A stretch of 63,983 bases of DNA, filler included. It is 14 parts of 14 records of this genome, joined end to end, with 100 filler letters (N's around TTAATTAATTAA, not from the genome) between each part and the next. Parts side by side here need not be neighbours in the genome. Positions count along the whole stretch, not along the records: positions 57,156 to 60,485 come from SRR7504441_30411; positions 60,586 to 63,983 come from SRR7504441_31289; 12 more parts are not named here. One strand, written 5' to 3'. The first letter of the stretch is position 1. Each line of letters starts with the position of its first letter. Under the pieces are notes generated by a model. That model searched no databases. It had not been told where the DNA came from and saw only the letters and a program-made list of their open reading frames with translations. A program made the translations under genes and the position numbers. Shown one piece after another: positions 57,156 through 63,983 of this stretch.

Positions 57156-59411
57156 CAGGCTCCAGATGCAGTCGAGCCTGAGTCTGTCGAGCCTTCAGTG
57201 GTATCATCGATTGCTCACGAGGTTGCAACAGCATCGTCGTGTGATTCGACGAAGCAAGCAGAGGCTTTGTTTGCTTCGATCGACACTAATAGCGATGGCG
57301 TAATCGATCAAGACGAGTTTATTGCAGCGTATGCCCAGGTACAGCCAACTGAATCCTCACTATTGAGGTCTCTTTCTTACAGGGTAGCCTCATACAAAAG
57401 GACAACCAAACAGAGCGCAAATCGAAGGCTAGGCCGTCAGCCATTGTGATCAATGGACCTTCTGGGGTAGGAAAAGGCACACTGATTAAAAAGGTCCGTG
57501 CCATATACGCTGAAATGAAGTAACAGTGTGTGGTCCAGCTGATGGGAGACTTCTCCTCATTCTTTGGATTCAGCGTAAGTCACACAACTCGGCCCCCTCG
57601 AGATGGAGAAGTGAACGGGGTACATTACCACTTTTCAAACCATCAGGACATGGAGGCAATGATAGCGGCCGGCGAGTTTATTGAGAGTGCTCACGTCCAT
57701 GGTAACATCTATGGCACTTCAAAGGTCTGACTCAGTGGCTGATAGAGGCCTGAGTGGCTGGTACCTGGCAGGCTAGCGTCATGAATGTGGTCAATTCAGG
57801 CAAGGTCTGCATACTTGATATCGATGTTCAAGGTGGCTGGGCTGTAATGTCCTGGGTCGAAAGTGTGACCAATAGGTGCCCGGAGCGTGAAGAATGCCAA
57901 CTTAGATGGCTGCTTCTATCTATTTGTGAAACCACCATCCATGGACGAGCTTGCTGCTCGCCTGCGTGCCAGGAGGACTGAGACGGAAGAAGAGATTGTA
58001 AAAAGGTGCAGCTCGTGTCATCTGTCTGCAGCTAAGTTGCTTATGGTAGGCTGGGTAACGCCACAGCTGAGCTCGAATTCTCAAACACTCCAGGTGCTAG
58101 ACCTTGGCTGTTCCCTCGCGTGCTCCCACCTGAATCGTGCTTGTATAGATTTCTATGATAAGGTTATGGTCAATGACAACCTGCAAAAGTGCTACGACGA
58201 CCTGTGCGACTTTATCGAGATGATATTGCCGATGAATATGACACCAGTGAGTCGAGATCAGGACTTGCAGCCTGAGGTGGTAAGTGTGCTGGAGGAGCCA
58301 GCAGAGGAGCCTGTCGACAGTGGATCTGCCAGTGTTGAAGAGAGCCAGTCAGCCAGTGAAGTGATAAATGAGGATATTATCCTTGATAACAAAGTGCCAG
58401 AGGAAGATTATACCGAGTTAAAAGAGCTGTGCAAGCGGGCATTGCAGACTGGTGAGAATGCGGACATCTCTACTGACACACTTAGGACAATCGTAGCCTA
58501 TTGTTACGGTAACGAGACGAGCAGCAAGGATCACGTGTGGGAGGATGTCTTCAGAGGTTGCGACCTGGATGCCAACACCGCAGGTGTGCGGCTTGGGCTG
58601 TTGCTTTTCCATCGACAGAAGTCGGTTGAGTTGCCCAAACTCACCCAGGAACTTAGTCGGCATGCTGCTTTGGTGAGTGCCTGCGGGCATAGTAGCTAGC
58701 TACAAGATGGATTGAGCCAGCTGCTGCAGAGTGCACAAGCCTCAAAGAGCCGACGTTTGAAGCGGGCCTTGGAGCTATTTCTCGGGCTTGCTGGCACCCA
58801 GACTCGACTAAACGAGCGCCGACTGCTTGACGCGCTACAGGTCGAACTAATGCCCGTCCTTCGGCACGCGACTCACCCTATTGCGGTCTGCAGGGACACT
58901 CTGGGAAGTCAGGTTCAGCCAAAGAAACCGTCACGTTGGCGTATCTTGACCAGGTGACGCGCCACTGCGATTCATAGCCGGCTGAACATGGACAGGTCTT
59001 GGCCAACAAGATGCCCAAAGTTCGCAACTTCCCAGAGGATATGCCCGACGCTACTGCCCTCTCTGCTGCCAAACTCGACCAGCTGGAGACTGCCCGTCGA
59101 TGGCTCGAGCAGCTGAGCATGGCTGAGCAGGCATGATGGCTTCGTACGCCTGCGCGCTAACCGTTGCGGGTGTGCTGCAGGCCCAGGCATTCCCCTGGAG
59201 TGCCCTGACAGACACAGTGGCTCTCAAGGAGCTGAGCGCGGCGACTCAAGAAGCCCGGCGCGCGGCATGCGACTGCGCTAAGAGCTTGGGCGGCGACGAC
59301 AGCTGTGACTGGGTCACCGGGGCTGTGGCGAGGTTCACTGCTGAGCTGGTCGTCGCTCAGGCGCAGAATGCCAACGCAGTGCACGTGCCGAGTGATACTG
59401 TGCTTTGCTAG
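57156..59411 (+). CDS. Guanylate kinase with an upstream EF-hand and a long C-terminal extension; multi-intron; 5'-truncated
   Basis: [66 protein letters not shown]. Confidence 0.85.
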
Positions 59412-59659
59412 TGCTCCGGCAGCCTCGGTTATACTGTGTATACAACTGTGCAGATCTTCGATAAGTGTTCGCTTACCGAATAAATGAATTTATTCGCTAT
59501 GTTGGCTTGTTAGCCCTTCTACTAGTAAAACACAGGCTGCGGGCCGTGGACGGGCCCGGCTTTACCTGCTCGACCTGCTCCCTGAGAGGAGCTGCTGCAG
59601 GCTCCCAGCGAAACCAACGGAATGTGACTCCAAGTTCTTTCCAATCCGCGCGAGCTAGG

Positions 59660-60485
<826 letters not shown>

Positions 60486-60868
60486 NNNNNNNNNNNNNNN
60501 NNNNNNNNNNNNNNNNNNNNNNNNNNNNNTTAATTAATTAANNNNNNNNNNNNNNNNNNNNNNNNNNNNNNNNNNNNNNNNNNNNACCGCCTTTTAGCCC
60601 CCCCGACCCCACCCACCGCGTCTGAAAGTAAGATATAACTTAAAAGACAAGTCTCTCGGTGCTTCAGGATGGATATGTGTTCGTGGTCGGTGGTCTCGAT
60701 TGATTGTAGATTGATTGATCAATGTTGATCAATCAACATATTGCAGATTAAATTTAATCACGCCTACTTAGTACGTATACTGCACGCAGGGTGGGTGCCA
60801 CCACAGACCCCACCCCCCGCAATAAACGTAGCTGCGCACCACCATAGGGTACATTAACCGATCACTGC

Positions 60869-63800
60869 CTACGCCGGGATCCTCTTGATCTGATTCACAA
60901 AATCCCTTGAGGTGTGCACTCCGGTCCCTCCCACATAAACATTTACCCCATGCTGGGCGCTCAGCTCGTGAGCCATCTACCACAACCATTAATATCATAT
61001 TCATCCACAGGCCAGTATTTGCCTGCAGCTCTTCATTGGTGAAGCCTCCAATCACAAACACGACCAAACTACCTTTGCTGGATTCATAGTGAACCTGCCG
61101 CTGTCGATTAATCATTAAGTGTGCTCGATTGTTATACCCGACTCCACTTGCTGGGCCCTGGCTTATTGTTTGACTCGGTCTTGCAAGCCACATCCGGTGC
61201 AATCGAGTCCAGTTTGCCAACGTCGCTCCCAGCCAGAATCTCGTCGCATACCTTCAACCAGTGATCAGGCGTTTAATGTATTATTGATTGTTATGACCCG
61301 GCGCAGCCGCGGGTGCCATGGGTGATGAGCCATCGCGGCCCGGCACTCAACCTCGTACCTGTTAACACAGCGGATCATGAATGAGACCATGTGTCATTAT
61401 CGATTCGTACTGTGTTGGGCCCTGCTCTGTTGACTCGTGCAGCTGGGCCGGCACCTGCGATTGCGATAAAAATCTGGATTAAAAGCAAACAAAAGTCCAC
61501 CGTGCAGCCCCACAGTTGGGCTAGCCCTGGATTATCCCAGTCGTTAACGGTGCGCTGGCTGGCCTGTGATAGCCCGCCCAAGTCAGGATTCGATCAAATA
61601 TCAAACACACCGGCTGCAGGTCGGCCGTCCTCACGTCGTGCTCCACATAGTCTTGCCCAGGCCTGCCATCAATAATAACTATCAGTATTATCGGTGTCCA
61701 CACCGAAGCAGCCAGCTTGCAGACTGGACCAGCTGCATGTACTGCGTGCCTAGAGAGCTGTCCAGGCCATCGATCGCCGACTGCTGGTCTGGGCTCAGCG
61801 GGCCATGACAGCAGAGCCAGAGCAGCAGCGTGGCCTCTGCAGTTACTGGTGAGTTGATTAGATTAGCCGATTGATGACCTCGGAGAGAGCGAGGGATTGT
61901 GGTGATGCCTTCACCCAGGTGCGGGTCGTTGAGATCAAGCACCTAAAGTGATGCACTTGTTAAGCTGCTACTGCTGCACTGGTGCACTCCCTTATACTAT
62001 GCTCTACATTGCTGTTCTAGGGCGGCTGCTGCTGTATTACTGCGCTCTCTTAATTTAGGACGACGGGTATATTACTAATGCTACGAAAGCATTTGTCTAG
62101 AGTCAGGTTTGGCACCTTGAACAACATGCTATGCTGGTCGGTTAGCCGGTGTCGACCCTCAACCTCGTAGCAACCCATTGGGACCCATCTGTCCCCTCTG
62201 AATCAAACTACACAAATAATATCTAGACAAAGGCTACTAAACACTCGCCTTCTGAATCAAACAAAAATAAACAGATGGACAAGGCTAAACGAGATACCTG
62301 TCGGGCGCCCGGCCATGCACTGCGCCTTCGCCTTGGTCCCAAATATGCCCGTCCCTGCAACAATCAGTCAGGAGCACGGCAAGAAGCACCGCCAGGCTTT
62401 CAGCAACAAGAACATTAATGATGGTACTAACCGCCATGCCCCGCCAGTGAGAATGCTCTGGTGCAGCAGCTGAATCCACTTAAAGCAACACATCCCACCC
62501 AGCTCGCTCGGTTTGCCTGTAATTAATCAAATCCAAAATAGATCAAAATCAAGCACCATCCAGCCCATATTGCACGTTGAGCGTGGCCACCAGCTCTGCC
62601 AGCCTCGCCACCACCGCCCGCTCCTTATGCACCAGGCTCCTCTCTCGCACGTATCTGCCAATAGCATCTGATCATCATTGTTAATACTTGCGGTGGCACC
62701 GGTCGAGCAGCACTGGCTTGGCAGAGGCCTGTCCAACCTTACATTCATTATCATTATCCCTCGCACCCTCAGCTGGTGGGGCTTCAACTTCTCGACTGGC
62801 ACGTCATCAGCCACCAGCTGCCCGACATTAACAACATGAAATCAACTCATAATCACACCTCCGCCTCGCCCAGGCCCATACCGCCCAGAGCCTCCACTCG
62901 TGTGACCGTCGGGTACCTGTCAGTTACTGTCAATCACTATTAGCCCACCCAACACCGGACCGCTGGCGCTGCGCCTCAGCGAATAGAAACTCGTGCGCCA
63001 GCCTTAGGATCCCGAATCGGGCTGGCAAAAAGCTGCCAGACCAACGTGTCATCACGAGATGATATACTAGCACATGCATGTATCAACATCACCGGAGACT
63101 CTGGAAAACTGGATTCAGGTGGTCGGCCAGCTGGAGTGGAGGGCCTTTGTTCTCCTCGGCCGGCAGCTCCGCAAACCTGTGCCAACCACTTAGCTATGGA
63201 ATGTCGCTCGTTAATTACTGGATGGGGTTGGCTAAATTAACATCGAAGTGCTCGAAAAGCAACGAGCCAAAGGATCCGGCCGTGGCCTGTCTCACATGAT
63301 GCAATCAAATCAGAATCAAAACACGGTATTACCAGTGCAGTGGGCATGTCCCAGCGCCGGTCCACAATCAAAACCTGCGGCGATTACAGAATCAATCACA
63401 TAGCCAATTAGAGCCAGTACCGTGCCCGGTCTGTCATGAGCGTTCTGCCACAGTCAACAGTCACTAGACTGCTGTGACTACAATCCACAGCGGCACTTAC
63501 CGGCGGGTCTTGGCTGGCGTGCCATTCAGTGAGCAGATCTCTGAGCCGCTCGGCAGTTAGCTTAGCCAACTGCTGTTCCCTACAAACACAAAGCCACTTA
63601 CACTAGTATAGATAATCTACTACTCAATAATATCAATAATAAATCAGGTGGCAAAGTGTGGCGTTTTTGTGTGTGGAACTTTGTAAATATTTGAGACTGG
63701 AGGTCAGTCAGCCTATCCGCAGCCTGAATCTGCAGTCTGTTCGCCGAGTCAATTATTGGGATCCATAGCACCGGCCCTTCTGGTTCATTATATTGGGTAT

Positions 63801-63983
63801 CTATAGACCGTCAGCAGCCTCGCGGCCTTGACCGCAGACCGGGGCAACAGCCTGATCCCGGCTGGCCTGCTCCCGGCCGCCCTGCTCATATCGACCCCTG
63901 AATGGACCGCCGCCGGCCCAACCCTTCTGGCAGCGCCTTCAGAAACGGCCAACGGATCAGCCAACAGACATTTCCAGCCCAAC
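60869..63983 (-). CDS. Divergent Sec1/Munc18 (SM) family protein with many small exons; 5' part uncertain
   Basis: QLAKLTAERL, VLIVDRRWDMPTAL, NPVFQSLR, LVVFVIGGFTNEELQA, VYVGGTGVHTSRDFVNQI. Confidence 0.7.

Overview
Not a prokaryotic locus. The window is a concatenation of 14 short contigs (about 3-9 kb) from a gene-dense eukaryotic genome, most likely a single-cell or metagenome-assembled genome of a unicellular protist. The contigs are joined by 13 artificial 100-nt spacers (44 N + TTAATTAATTAA + 44 N), so adjacency across spacers has no biological meaning. Genes are broken by very short spliceosomal introns (mostly 35-50 nt). These have degenerate GTGC/GTCC or GC donors and usually no polypyrimidine tract, which explains the fragmented ORF track. 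Recognisable genes: NDOR1, StrG-like and other 2OG oxygenases, a SLIP-GC-like GTPase, a DnaJ protein, an SR splicing factor, a PB1-UBA (p62-like) protein, RNase HI, a papain-family protease, USP22, a Vsb1-like SulP transporter, ESF1, mitochondrial PheRS, TMEM208, a GH65 glycosidase, a secreted beta-helix protein, an SGF29-type tudor domain, ALDH, guanylate kinase, p23 and a Sec1-family gene. Five observations stand out. (i) Eleven Myb-type YAACGG boxes are packed into the promoter and introns of one small gene, and the motif recurs in 29-100 bp bidirectional promoters. (ii) One protein appears to join Tudor-like, LysM-like, chromo, DEK-C, Ki-67-type FHA and RINGv domains. (iii) The intron signals are unusual. 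(iv) A candidate 3-nt microexon lies between two similar introns. (v) The p62-like protein carries PrP-octarepeat-like HHGWGQ units. All calls come from manual reading and recalled family motifs; no searches were run and the taxon could not be determined.
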